Assembly (NCBI RefSeq): GCF_000485595.1
Contig: NW_014577073.1
Location: 301,111 to 365,110, forward strand
DNA length: 64,000 nt
Direction of reading: 5' to 3'
Origin: Priapulus caudatus
Lineage: Eukaryota
Shown: positions 1 to 14,000 of the stretch, piece by piece
Layout of the letters: the number at the start of each line of letters is the position of its first letter
Position numbering within the stretch: the stretch's first letter is position 1
Notes under the pieces: generated by a model
What the model saw: the letters and a program-made list of their open reading frames with translations, nothing else
Told to the model about the DNA's origin: nothing
Databases searched by the model: none
Program-made: the position numbers and the translations under genes

Positions 1-396
1 AGCGCGGTGATCACGTACTGTACGCGAGCGCAGGGCTGACATATGGCGGGTTACACGTGTGGTGGAACAGTAGCTCACAAACCCTGGGTTGCATCACTAG
101 AAGCCCGCCGGTCATGAGGGACTGACGGAGAATAGGTGTGCGTGTGTGCACCTGCACAGTCGTACCCTCCTTGGCAGACAGCCTGGCGACGTCGAGTGGT
201 ATACAACGCCTTCAAACAGTCGCCGTGTCTGAGAGAGCTTAGTTTATTGGAAGCGGTTATTAAATGTCTGCACGAACCCGGGATTCAGGGTGTGGGTTTG
301 AGAGAGCGAAGGCGAGAAAGAGTGAGGGAGGGAGAGCGACCGAGCGAGAGGAGGAGAAAGAGAGATAGAGCGAGGGAGGGAATAGAAAGTTAGAAT

Positions 397-464
<68 letters not shown>

Positions 465-490
465 GAGGGGAGAGAGAGAGAGAGAGACAG
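397..490. repeat. (GA)n microsatellite
   Basis: Directly visible. Confidence 0.95.
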
Positions 491-2134
491 ACAGACATAT
501 AATTATTGCGCACGAGAGAGACAGAGACAGGTATAGGCAGCGTGTGGCCTTGCAATGCGAGTTACGTGCCCCAGGTGAGAGAAAAACAGAAGCGCGAGAG
601 TCTTATTTATGTTGCGGAGAGGTATAGCTGTGTTGACGCCGTTGACGTATCTTATTTCACGCACTTATTCCCGTCTAACACATTTAGCTGGTTTACCCTA
701 TAGCCATAGCATTCCTCTCCAAGGTTACCCATGTACATCACACTCCACCCACAGTTATACAGATATCCCCCTCACCACGTTGGACAGAAACGTAACGTAA
801 AGAGCACGTACGCTTTGTAACTGAAAAGGATCGAGTTTATGTTCTTTTGGTAATGTCCCCTCGCAGGTTACACAGGCACACGGTGAATTCCAACCTAACA
901 CAGCAACGTAACATCTAGCTCTAGAACTATTAGCCCTTCGCTCTGCCACAGGCGCTTGTGTCAGAGCGAAGGGCTATAGTTCTAGAGCAATGTTATATCA
1001 TGGTAACATGCCACCTCGGCCACCCGCACGCGAGACAGCCCTAGCTGCTTCTGCTGCTGCTGCTGGTGCGCATATTGACTTCTTGATGGATGTGACTTCT
1101 GCTTATTGGAGCGAGGTTGTGTGCGCTTACTCTCGCCGTGAGCTGCGGCTGCTCCTCTCCTGCTAATATGCACTGCTGAAAGGAGGGTCTAGCAACGGGG
1201 GAGGGGAAGGGGAAGCTAGCTTGCGGGTCGTTAGCGCTGGCCAACGTGTGGCGATGCTCCGTCGCAAAGATGAACGAGGAATGTCAAGCGAGTCGCATTT
1301 GATTGCGTCGTTTTTCATATTGGAAGCCTTGATTTGTTTCCGTGAGCCGATTGCTTTGCGCTAGAAGTCGTAGTGGCGTGCGTGTAAGAGACGATGCATT
1401 CGGATTTGCAACGGAGATGAGTAATTCGGCAGTGATCTCGTTGCAATGCGATATTTGAACGCGGGTGATCACGTAACCGTAATAAGACGGAAATGACCTG
1501 CGTGTGATAACACGTCGTGTTACAGCGTAGCGTTGTATTGCGTGGATAGGGATGGCGCGAGTGCACTTGCCTTCATATTAGTTTTCGTTCCAGGTGCTGT
1601 TTCGTTACTCGCTGACCTGTGTAAATATACTAAATGTAGAATATTGTTATTAAAATAATAAACACGGTATCGCCTGCTCGCGTCGAATAAGCGGGGGCTA
1701 TTTGGTGTTTTTGGGCAAAGTGAGCCAAACAGTTATTTGGATACAGCCGGGTCTAGCTGTAGACTCAGACCAGCTGGCACCACCAGGAGCAACCCTAACG
1801 TGCTACTGGAACCTGACTCCTACGCGTTATTAATACGCTAAGAGTTATAATTAACGAAGCGATGGCTGATCGGCAATAGACTATGTAATCTGGGTTATAG
1901 CCATCTCATCGAAATAAATTAATGGATATGCGCACATGTATCCGCAGTAACGTGCAGAAAATCTGCGTCTTTATCTTCGAACGCAATCTTATTACGTAGA
2001 CTTTGAGTCCGTTATCGGTTGCCATCGGAGAGAGTATCATAAAACTGTCGACTTGCGATGTAACTCGCCAACTATTTAGCGCGAGTCTTGAAGTTGTGCT
2101 CGTTAGTTAGCAGCAGACGACTATGGCATGGATG

Positions 2135-2157
2135 AGCAGCAGCAGAAGCAACAACAA

Positions 2158-2222
<65 letters not shown>

Positions 2223-2233
2223 ACAACAGCAGC
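2135..2233. repeat. (CAG/CAA)n trinucleotide microsatellite
   Basis: Directly visible; no splice or homology support for coding. Confidence 0.9.
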
Positions 2234-4922
2234 CTCACGCACACGTTATTCCCTCATGAGTCATGCCGCGTTTCTGCCCACGCTTCGTGTCAAAACAATT
2301 TTTCAGTGAATAATTAAATAGCTGCTATTGTTTTCCCGTTAGATCGCAGCAATGAAACACGAGGATTATTAATAGTACCCGAGGGAAGGAGGTCGATGTG
2401 CGAATCTCACTCGACATGATTTACTGTATATATGCTAATTGCTGAGGATGTTTTTGTCTTTGCTGTCACGAGCTTATAATATATAATTACACGCTAATGT
2501 TGGTAATTCTCATTTAAAATTCAAGAATACACTAATGGGCGCATTGTGTAATATGTCGCATTCGGATTCATTTATTATTTTTAGTTCTAATGAGATGATA
2601 ATTCAATTTCTGCACTCGAAACTGAAGCAGCAAATTTATGCCACTCGGACTGTCCCAGTGTCGGATTGTATTGTAATAAAATTACGTTCATCGGCGACAT
2701 GCGATGAACTTCATTGCATGTTCAAGGATTCTGATCAGTGTGCCCGTAACGTAGGGTGGTCCAGCATTAACAATGTATTACTCGCTATGGGGGGTTATGT
2801 ATAGTGATTGTGGGCAAGGTTAGAGTTGGAAATGGGATCGTGGTCAAACCGTCGGGTCGTGGCGCATGTGGTCAGTGATGTTCTATTCATAGGCGGCCAG
2901 AGAGCGTGTATTGCTCAGTGGCTGATTGCTGGCTATCTGAGATGTGCGCGCGTGCCCTGCGTGCGGGCGAGCAGGCGTGCAGGGGCCGCCTAGTGCTCAC
3001 CTGCCCCCGGGTTTACCCGGCGGAGTTGTGAAAACAAACACTTGCTTCGTAGCGCAGCGGTGTGTCTGGCGGCCACCGCAGCGTCTTCGCACTCCATCAC
3101 AGCCAAGCTACGTGTATATTGCGCGCGAAGCAGCGATGCTAAAACGCGTTGTGTGCGTGTGTGCGTGAAAGTCACCGCGCAGCATCCCCTCGCCGTTATC
3201 GCTCCGATATGCTTTTCGAGCGCAGTGGGTAGCATCGCGCGTGCGTGCGTGTTCGTGCGTGCGTGCGTGCGTGTTCGTGCGTGCGTGCGTCTGGTGTGCG
3301 CGTGCGTGCACCGACATTCTCTCGCGCATGGTTTTCTCGTAGCTGCGGCTGTGTGGAGGAGAGCGTTGCGTGGTGATGCCAGGCTAGAGGGAAGTGTGAC
3401 TGATGGCGTGCTGTATACGTACGCGCCTGGGTGAGGACAAAATGAGAGGGGTACTTGCTTTGCCAGCGCACTTGCCAGGGTACTTGCCAGCAGCACACTT
3501 GCCAATGTACTTATCAGGTTACCTGCCAGTAGTGCGCTTGCCAGAGTGGCCTTACATTTCATCACGTCCCCCATCCACCATGTGCTTGCGTGAAGTGAGT
3601 TTCTGTATTGACGCCTTTTATTTCTCACGTGCTTGAATTTGCACCTGATGAATGTTGATGGTGGTGGTGGAGGTGGTGGGTGCGGCGGCGGCGGCGGCGG
3701 TGGTCGTGCTGGTGTGTGTGTGTGGTGTGTGCATGTCTGTGTGTGTGCTTGCGTTATGTAGTTAGCGCTATAGTGTATGAAAAGGTGTAAAGAACACGAA
3801 ATTATTTAACATTGGGCGTAAAATCTTGATGACAATAGCATTGGCTGCATTGTCGTAGCTGCGTGTGTGCGCGAGTGTAGGGTAGGCAGGTGAATTCGAA
3901 TCGAGAAAAGTTATAGTGGTGCCCATGCCACATGTGACTTTATTATCGTACTGTTCTCATTTCGGAATACAGGTGACTGCTCTAAAATCTTTTATATTTT
4001 ACTTACACTTTTATTGGCTGTATTGTTGACCTGGCATAGCTTAAAAAAAATGTAGGGAACAAATGCATCAATAATGCAATAATAGTATAAACGCGATTGT
4101 AAAACATGATGAATGGTCTGTAATAAGTCTATGTGCATATTTTATAGACGTTGAAGTAATGCAACAGGCCATGTGGCCCCCAATCATTATTTGCACTCTG
4201 CTGGTCGCCAGATACTATGTGGCTGTTTGTCTTAGACCTCGAACCGTTCTGAGATGATCACAGTCAGTACACGACATTTGACTACTACTACTACTACTAC
4301 TAGTAATAATAATAAGTGCTGTATATCGTGGACACAGGTTGTTTTACGTTTTTTGATGTCCGATCGATATTTTGATCTTATTGGTTTCGACGTGGATGTG
4401 CCCGATTTCATAATTATTTAGATTGAGTCAATATTCATGTAAAATTACTAATTGTAAATTACTTTTTCATGAGCTTCAGTTTTGCGATGATGTGCGAATG
4501 TGCGACATGCATTCATGAATGTGGTGCAGAAGTGATGTGCAGAAAAATGACATATCGTATATTAGGGCAAAAGGTGAATGTTCGGGGTGAAGAAATTGTT
4601 TCACCTAAATATAGCTGTAAATTGCATTACGTATTTCTTGCTAAGATTTTCATCAGAGCGTGTTTGCTGGGGCATGCAGAGCTCAAGTTGGCTGTGAAAT
4701 TTTATAAGAGGTCATCTATAGATAGATAGCACCTGAGCACTGGGTGGGGTTCACGCTGTGTGGTGTTAAGAGGTATGTAAAGGGCACATGCTTCTGAGCA
4801 GGTGTACATATGTCAGCTGTGCATGCGTCTGTGTGTCAGGCGTCCGGACGTATATCCGCGGGTCGGGCGGACATGCGTGCATCAAGCAGGGGACTCTCTG
4901 AGAATCCAGGTGCGGACACGCC

Positions 4923-4924
4923 CA

Positions 4925-4972
<48 letters not shown>
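4923..4972. repeat. (GCAC)n microsatellite
   Basis: Directly visible. Confidence 0.9.
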
Positions 4973-5021
4973 CACATGGCAATGAGTTCCGATGTTTATG
5001 GTTGTTTTTTGTTGCTTGCAG

Positions 5022-5091
5022 GATGTGCTGGAACAGACGATAGTCATGCAGCTGCCCAGCGTCGTCGCCGTCTGCAAGAACCCAGATTCAG
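5022..5091 (+). CDS. Girdin: Girdin exon, Hook domain (DVLEQTIVMQLPSVVAVCKNPDS)
   Basis: ttgcag acceptor and gtatta donor; resembles CCDC88 E.LQQL.VM.LP.V; phase 1 end joins the exon at 8027. Confidence 0.85.
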
Positions 5092-8000
5092 GTATTACAT
5101 ACAGATCACATATTCAGAGACTTTATTAGTAGATAAAAACGAAAGCCATACATGCTATACACTCGTCCAGGTTTCGAAATTTGGCGGTAAATTGTGCTAA
5201 TTGCAACTATTATCTTCGAAAATGGCGACCTCAACAAACATCCTTTCACTTGCAACTTTAACGACTGGACTTTTTCACTGTGAATCCACGATTTTATGCT
5301 TCTCAAACCGGCATGGGCGTTGTAGACGAATCCTGTTAACAAAAGAGTTTGTTTTCGTACTCCTTGCTAATATTTTGTACATCTCCTGGTTGATTTAGCT
5401 GCACATTTATCACCTAACCTAAAATGTTCNNNNNNNNNNNNNNNNNNNNNNNNNNNNNNNNNNNNNNNNNNNNNNNNNNNNNNNNNNNNNNNNNNNNNNN
5501 NNNNNNNNNNNNNNNNNNNNNNNNNNNNNNNNNNNNNNNNNNNNNNNNNNNNNNNNNNNNNNNNNNNNNNNNNNNNNNNNNNNNNNNNNNNNNNNNNNNN
5601 NNNNNNNNNNNNNNNNNNNNNNNNNNNNNNNNNNNNNNNNNNNNNNNNNNNNNNNNNNNNNNNNNNNNNNNNNNNNNNNNNNNNNNNNNNNNNNNNNNNN
5701 NNNNNNNNNNNNNNNNNNNNNNNNNNNNNNNNNNNNNNNNNNNNNNNNNNNNNNNNNNNNNNNNNNNNNNNNNNNNNNNNNNNNNNNNNNNNNNNNNNNN
5801 NNNNNNNNNNNNNNNNNNNNNNNNNNNNNNNNNNNNNNNNNNNNNNNNNNNNNNNNNNNNNNNNNNNNNNNNNNNNNNNNNNNNNNNNNNNNNNNNNNNN
5901 NNNNNNNNNNNNNNNNNNNNNNNNNNNNNNNNNNNNNNNNNNNNNNNNNNNNNNNNNNNNNNNNNNNNNNNNNNNNNNNNNNNNNNNNNNNNNNNNNNNN
6001 NNNNNNNNNNNNNNNNNNNNNNNNNNNNNNNNNNNNNNNNNNNNNNNNNNNNNNNNNNNNNNNNNNNNNNNNNNNNNNNNNNNNNNNNNNNNNNNNNNNN
6101 NNNNNNNNNNNNNNNNNNNNNNNNNNNNNNNNNNNNNNNNNNNNNNNNNNNNNNNNNNNNNNNNNNNNNNNNNNNNNNNNNNNNNNNNNNNNNNNNNNNN
6201 NNNNNNNNNNNNNNNNNNNNNNNNNNNNNNNNNNNNNNNNNNNNNNNNNNNNNNNNNNNNNNNNNNNNNNNNNNNNNNNNNNNNNNNNNNNNNNNNNNNN
6301 NNNNNNNNNNNNNNNNNNNNNNNNNNNNNNNNNNNNNNNNNNNNNNNNNNNNNNNNNNNNNNNNNNNNNNNNNNNNNNNNNNNNNNNNNNNNNNNNNNNG
6401 ACCGCCCCCACCGCCCCCCCCTGGCTACGCGCCTGTATACAGGACAAACTGCCGACCTGCTAGTGCTAGTAAATAACCAATAGGTGCTTTCAGTCTACAC
6501 GCGGACAGTTATTGTTGGCTGCTCTCCCTCAAATGCTATACTCAGTAGAGCACCCCATAATTTAAATTCTAGCTGAGCGCATCTTATTGTTCACATGTGT
6601 CTCCAAGGGGTTGTGTCAGGATCAGCTTCTCTATATTCCCCTGTTATTAGTTGAGCTGCGACTTTTCGGATGAAAAATCCCACCTGTGTATTGCACACGA
6701 GTGTTCTCAGGGGGCTTGGCAGTGGTAAAAAAAAGTTAAGCAGAAATTACACTGAGTCATAATTCCTTGCAAATGATTTCCGTTTGCCATCGTCCTTCCG
6801 CGTGTGGGACGTGCGTGCGCGCGTGTCTGAGCCGGTTGTATGTATGGTCTGCTCACAGATCTCACATCATTGGTTCCGGCTGTACTGAGAGATAATTGCG
6901 ATGGAGGATAGGAGATCTGCTCAAATAGCCTGCGACTTAATACCACACCTGTAAATCACTTCCTACCTGTCCGAAATATGCCGGCGCCGCACGCGAGGGG
7001 CGTATACGCACGCAGTTAAGTGAAAGCTGTGCAGGAAAAATCGCGTACAGTATTTCATTGATGTGAGGTTTTTACTTTCTGATTAGCTATGAATTTTGAA
7101 TTGCAATTTAATGAGTTTGGAGGTAGCTAGAGTTTTTGTGTGTAACCACGCATTATAAAATATGCATAACACAGCATCTAAGGTGGCTATTATCTCTAGA
7201 GTAAAGATCCAGTTTCTGTATAGTGCCTGTTGGGCTGCTGTTAACAAGTGTTCTTTGAGTAATAAAAATATAATAAACGTCTGCAATATAATTAGGTGCT
7301 GGCTTGTGCAGCAATTTGTACATTATAACCAAACTATTAATTTTACAGGATGGGTAATCTTTATGTAGTTATAATCAGGTGATGTAGAGACTGTATGAAA
7401 AGGTGAAGCTATGAGAAAAGAGCTGAAGTTGTTTTCAGATGCTTCTTTCTATCGCAGGGCATTCCTTTCAGCTACAACAGTTTTTGATCTTTGTAGACGG
7501 GAATTGTCGCGGCTATCAAGCAAAGCATTATGTAAAATTGAATAGTTGCATCAGCACATGTATATTGAAGGCTGTTACGTGATTCGTCTTTTGAATTAAT
7601 CACGCGATGGTTGGAAGTACGTGCAGTGTGCGCCTGCATTTCCTAAATTAATTACAGTTATTTATTTTCTATCGCTCGTAGACTGCTATCGGGTAATTGG
7701 CTGCTGCATGTTCACTGAGCAGCGCACGAGAGCAGTGGAGTGAGGCAGCGATTGCTTAGCTGTACTAAAGCATGTTGTTCGTTAGCTCTACCCGTGTAGC
7801 CCCTTATCTCCCTCTACAAGGAGTCCCTGTAACGACAGCGAAAGGGGCTACACTGGTAGAGCTTTACGTTTGTCTACCTAGTATTGGGCGACACTTGTGA
7901 GAGTAGTGGAGCGAGGCTGTGATTTCTTGCAAAGTATGCCACCTGCCTGCTAATTGACGCGCGGCAGCAGCAGGGCCATGGTTTCTCTTGAGTGGCTTCA

Positions 8001-11000
8001 CTGAATCCCTCTCGTTGGTTCTCTAGTGGCCGGAGTCAAGGAGCTGGAGCGGCTGCTGCTGCTGGTGCTCGGCTGCGCCGTGCAGTGCGACAAGAAGGAG
8101 GACATGATCGACAACATCCAGAACCTCGACCTGTCCATACAGCACGCGATGGTCTCTTTCATCCAGCAGGTGAGGCGGTGGAAGGGGGAAGGAAGAGAGG
8201 GAGAGGGAAAGAGATGGTCCCCTACAACCTGCAGGTTAGGCGATGTAAGGGGGAAGGAAGAGAGGGAGAGGGAAAGAGATGGTCTCCTACATCCAGCCGG
8301 TGAGGCGGTGTAAGGGGAAGGAAGAGAGGGAGAGGGAAAGAGATGGTCTCCTACATCCTGCAGGTGAGGCGATGTACGGGGGAAGGAAGAGAGGGAGAGG
8401 GAAAGAGATGGTCTCCTACATCCTGCAGGTGAGGCGGTGTAAGGGGAAGGAAGAGAGGGAGAGGGAAAGAGATGGTCTCCTACATCCAGCAGGTGAGGCG
8501 GTGTAAGGGGAAGGAAGAGAGGGAGAGGGAAAGAGATGGTCGTGGGAGTGGCGAGGTCTGTTCCTAGCTGCTGGGGCTAGTTACTGGGGAAATAGGGAGA
8601 TGAAGTGTGCGTGCAGTACAGATGGTAAGTCACACAAGAGCGGGTGGTTAAAACGGGGGTGGTGAAGAGGAGGTGAGTGCGAGCAGAGAAGGAAACGAAA
8701 TTCGGGGTTATAGGCCTGATAAGCCAAGTATGTCAACATGTTAGAGATATAAGGATATATAGGAGGATATAGAATGATAGCAAAGAGAGGAATGGGTTGA
8801 CTGAGATACAAAGTACAGGTAATGAGAGATCTAGACGTGATGCGGCCATGATGCCGAGGCGCGCCGAGGATTGACACTTTGTGTCTTCCAATCACAGCCT
8901 ATACGCCGCACCAGAGTTTTATATTTTAAATATGGGGAGCCATTGGACCACCATATCGCTGATCTCAGGAACTAGGGCATTCTGCTAGGCTAAAACGGTT
9001 TCCTACGATAGAGTTTGGCACACATACGAAAATAACACGCTGTTTAGCGCACTGCGCTACGTCCTTCTGTTGCATTTTCGCATTTCCGTAATCAGAATAA
9101 GCCCCGCCTTCTTCGTTGATGGGCATGAATGGGGCGTCAATGACGTGACCCATTACTGCGTGTAGGTGTTTGGCGAGACTGTTTGCTTTTCGTAAATAAT
9201 AAAAGGCCCGGCCGATGCATTTCGCACCGAAGTGGAAAAATTAGGCATTTTTACCCGCTTTCGGAAGTGAACGAGTGCGTCAATCATTGAACATTGCAAT
9301 TTTTCTTAAAATTAAATAATTCCGAAAATCCCTAACCACGCTACTCGATTGTTTTAGCCAATGAACGTAGCTGTGTTTGACGTCTATGTGTGTGACGTCT
9401 TGCCCGCACGCTTTATGCTTGGCTTAGCGGGCCTCGAAATGGATATTGGAGGCACGCACCCTTGCAACACGCGTGTTTGTTTACATATAGCTTTGTGACA
9501 TTAGGATGGGCGGTGTCGGGAGTTCCGCGATGATAACCTCGTAAGTTCTCAGAACTTCTTAAGGTGCATTGAACATTTTACCAATTTAGTGGTGTCAGTT
9601 AGTCACGAATATGTCACAGTAAGTACTAACCATATATGTTTGACATACGTTCACCTATTTTACACACAGGCGGCGGTTGATCATTGTGAAAAATTGTGTG
9701 AAGATTTATTTTTATTGAGACGTTCCATTAGTGCCTGTGTTTCATCAGTCTTGTACGTCAATGCACGTGCGTCAAGAGCCATAAACTCAACACAATTTCA
9801 TCTCTGTTATTGTTTACGCCTGAATGCGTGATTGATCAGGGAGGGGGTGCATGTAAGAGGGAGACATTTTCTTTGGGGTTCCGAAAAACACAATTCCACT
9901 TAACAATTTCATGGGCCATTTCAATTGGAAGCTCTGCATAGTGGACCCCCAACAAGCCCTTTGACTGACTAGACAAGAAATGCAAAAGTCTGTATATTGC
10001 TCTTATTTAGCCGCCGATAGTTCTTATTTAGAACAAAGTCTTCATTGTTATCTTCTAAAACTACAGACCATCCGCTGACCGCTGTGGAGACGTGCGCCGG
10101 GCCTCGAATTTGGCGCACGTCTCCACTGCGGACAGCGCTTCATACTTGAACATCCCCGCGGTCGCGTGCGCATATCCCGCGGAACTGCGCGTCTCATCCG
10201 CGCGCAGCGCTCAGGATCAACAGCAAAGCTGTGCCACGCAATCTTGTATCATGTCTCTCTGGATATATGGAGAGTTAATATACGAAAAAGAGTAAGCATT
10301 TTCTCGCGGTATGCATAATTTACCACTGACAGGCAATGCATGTTGCATTATATTGTCGTGACATTTAATTTATGCTTTGATTAGCTATCTAAATTGCCGT
10401 TCAGAATAGCAGTTTGAATTACGCCGATGCTTTGTCAATCAGGGAATTGGCACAGATACAATACCAGTCGCTGTTGGTAGTTATAAACGGTGTAAACATT
10501 GGCACGTAGTTGCATATATATGTACAGCCGGTTATCCGCCTCAGGCTGTCAGATCACACTGTTGACACTTCATTTCTCAATCACGTCACGATGCTCGCAA
10601 GCAAATAAAACCTGTGCCCACTTTCATAAATCAAGGCAAAGTCGATTTCCTTCATGAACATGCACACAGTAATTTAACTGGTCGTTTTACAAAACGCCGT
10701 GCGTGGGAAATCGCCAGTAGGCATGGCATTTGGATGTGAACGTCTTGAGAAATTAAGAAATGCGCGTGCACAGATGTTAAACTGTTGCAGTTGACATCGT
10801 GACGTCATGCACTTTAATCGCCCATTTGCCTAATTTGTCTATTAAAAGTTATTAAATGTCCAAACTTCCTTGTTCTGAAAGATGATTTCAGAACCAGTCT
10901 GCAATTATGGGTTTACTTTAGTTTTGGTGGGATGTATGGTTCATTACATTCACAGTGGAAATGAGAAATTCACAATATATTCCCAGAACATGTGTATGTG

Positions 11001-14000
11001 TACTTGTTTATTACATGACAGTAAAGTGCTATGTTCTGATGAGTTTTTTTTATGGTTGCAATTATACGGTGGCCGAGTTAAACGTTTGACTTCATAGATA
11101 TATAGATACAAAACGATTATAAGCAATATCTTTGACGGTTACTTTTCAATGTCGTCTATTATTGTTTTGGGATTCCACCCATGCGTATTAAAATAAAAAA
11201 TTCGTAATTATTGTGGGGGAACAACGTTCGCTCGCAAACCATCATGTCATCATGTCCATCTCTTCTCACCGGCCGTGTCCACCCCTCACAGGTGACGGAC
11301 AACACAGAGAACTTGCTCACGCAGGAGTGGCAGGAGCTGGGAGAGTTCCCACAGGACCAACAGGAGCTCATGTACAAGTCACTGTACGGCCTGTGTCGGC
11401 GACTAGTGCGAGAGCGGGACGACTTTCAGCAGGTAAACGCCCTCACCGGCTGTTCGCAGCATTAGCTGCAGGGACAGCAACCCTGCTGCTGCTACCACCG
11501 TCAGCTTTGCTGGCCTCATCGCTCACTGTGTTGTTGCTAACAGCTTTGCTAACAGCTGCATCGTCGCCCGTCCATGTGTCGTACGGAGCGTGTGATAGAA
11601 TGCTGTCCTTCCCCTTCCAGCGCTTTACTGCATTCAGTTTTTGGCCGATAGTGGTATACCCTCCGTTTAGTGCTGATGACGTTTCAGCACCACTTGTGTC
11701 TGTGTGTGAGTTCGTGTCTGTGTGGCGTACACGAACTCGGGACCACACACGGTTTATGCCACGTGTGTCTAATCTTGTTTTATCGCCCGCGTGTGTATTT
11801 GATACCCATCGAGTCAGCAGTTTCATTCAGTCACTTGGTAGTTGGGAGTTGGCCAAGGGAAATGGCTAGTGCGTGGGAAAAACTTTTCAATTTATGCAAA
11901 GTACCCGTGATTACCGTATATATTGGTCCTAGGTCGGTAAAGCTAGACAAGTATATACCTATTTTATTCGCGCCAAATTGCCGCCGCATCATCTTTTAGA
12001 ACGTCTTACCCATAATACTTTTACTTTTACCCATAATACATTACACATACAACAATAATTGACCAGAGCTGCGAGTCGAGTCATTCGAAGGCAAACGTAG
12101 GTCAATTGCAGCGAATAATTTTTGTGTCCGCAGCAAATTCTCGAGCTGACTCTGTGCGCGGAGAAGCTAATGACGCCCCCGATCCACCCCGGCAGCAAGG
12201 AGGACTCGCACCACCTCGCCGTCGAGCTCGCCGACAGCAAGGCGAAGCAGCGCCGACTGCGGCAGGAGCTGTAAGTTGTTACAGTCCGCTGAAAAAACTC
12301 ACGGAAAAAACTGGGAAAAACTTAAATTTGCTGAAAAACTGCACGACCACCTTGCACGACCACGGCGGTGCCGTGCAGAACGTGGATGCGGCGGTAGGCT
12401 TTCGGCCGATTAGTTCGGTCCCGTACCGGGAAACTTGTTTGTTAGCAGAGCCGCCGTGGCAACATCGGGTGGGCGTGCGTGCGCTTGTGTGTCGGACATG
12501 CGCGGACACGTTACTAAACGTGCTTTGACGGCTGTTTTCGCTAACCATCTTTCTGTCAAAACAGGTCCACTGTGAACAAAAGTCGTGCATTGTGTCTCGT
12601 TTATTTTGTTGTTCTTTTAGCAAAATGGCGAAAAGCCCCCGGGCTGAAAATTCTCTGTGACATCCAGGAATTTTTGCTCCTTTCCGAAAACGTTTTCTTG
12701 CCCTCCTACCTAATAAAGACCTACAGTGTGTGCTATCTATTGTATGCTGGTTGTTGTACTAGATACTACTAACACACATTACTCAATAGTATGGTTGTAT
12801 GGGAGAATATCGGATACCGCTTTGGACATATCTCTTATTAGTACTGTAGTTTGATGATTTGTATAGAATTTACATATTTATAGATATTTATAGGAACTTT
12901 GCAATATTTGAAATGCTTTTTTTTATAGAGAGGAGAAAATTGAATTGTGCTCAGAATTACAGGAGGAACTGGATCTTTCAAAAGCACTCTCTACGAAATT
13001 AAAACAAGAGGTGAGTGTTCACCAAGTTTTATCAGGTCCATAGCAACAAATAACAGAGACATGCAATGTTTACATTTTGCTCATATATGTATGTTTGAGG
13101 TTAGGTTAGTTTAAGCAACAGCAGCATATGTTGTGAGTGCAGGCTGGTTACATAGATAATACCACAAATTTGTGGAATTGTTTGTATTTATATCGAACAT
13201 TAGTGAATGAAACATTGAGACAATACTACAACAAGACGATGGTACAGACAATAACAGTACACAATTCAATTAAATTTTGTCTCCCACTTTTGCAATTTAA
13301 ATAGTAGAGATTTCACTCTTCGGGCAGTAGCGTATTGATTTCTCTGTTTTATTGACATGTGTGCAGTGTGGTGAGTCAGTCTGCTTGCTAGTAGGTGCAA
13401 TCAGTACAGGAAATTACTTCGTCATATTAGCGTGTAGGTAGAATTGAATGGCGCCTCCAGGGACGAGCCGGTTTTAAATTATACTGGGCTTGTTTGCTAT
13501 CAATATTGATTTTTATGCTGAGGGATAATAAAAAGGATCCCAGTGAATTGATTGGGTATGCCTAAAACGATCTTTTGTTGGTACTATATATTTTACGCAG
13601 TTATTAACATTTATATAATAATGTAATAACGTTTGTATTTCTACATTTTGCCTACATAGTATTACAAACTTATCTATAATTATACATTTATGTGGGTTCA
13701 TATGCAGAAGGTTTTTAATGTGTAGTCTTTGTGTGTGTTTTTTAAATAGAATTTGGAGTTAATCCAGGACGCGCGATCAGCACGAGCCTACAGAGATGAA
13801 TTGGACGTTGTGCGGGAGAAGGTGGAATTTTCTGGCACTCTATTAGCTAAAGCTATTTGTGAAATAAAGCCCATACATTAACCATTGATATGGCTCATAT
13901 GTTGGCATTATGTTTCTTTGTATTATCCTTACTAACTGTAGAAACTTGATTAATCGACACACTTTTAACGTAGGTACATATTATGCATTTGTATATCATA

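Noticed and set aside
2123..2317. Poly-Ser/poly-Gln coding exon
   Set aside because: A simple CAG microsatellite with no supporting splice sites or homology.
3403..3436. Alternative first exon MACCIRTRL with donor gtgagg
   Set aside because: It ends in phase 1, incompatible with the phase 0 exon at 5022, and has no other support.
5419..6476. Long ORFs of 342 and 350 aa
   Set aside because: They consist almost entirely of the 970-N gap.
11669..11689. ctgatga...gtttc, resembling a Penelope-type hammerhead
   Set aside because: It is only a short hairpin (gtgctga...tcagcac); the core motifs are not in the right order on either strand.
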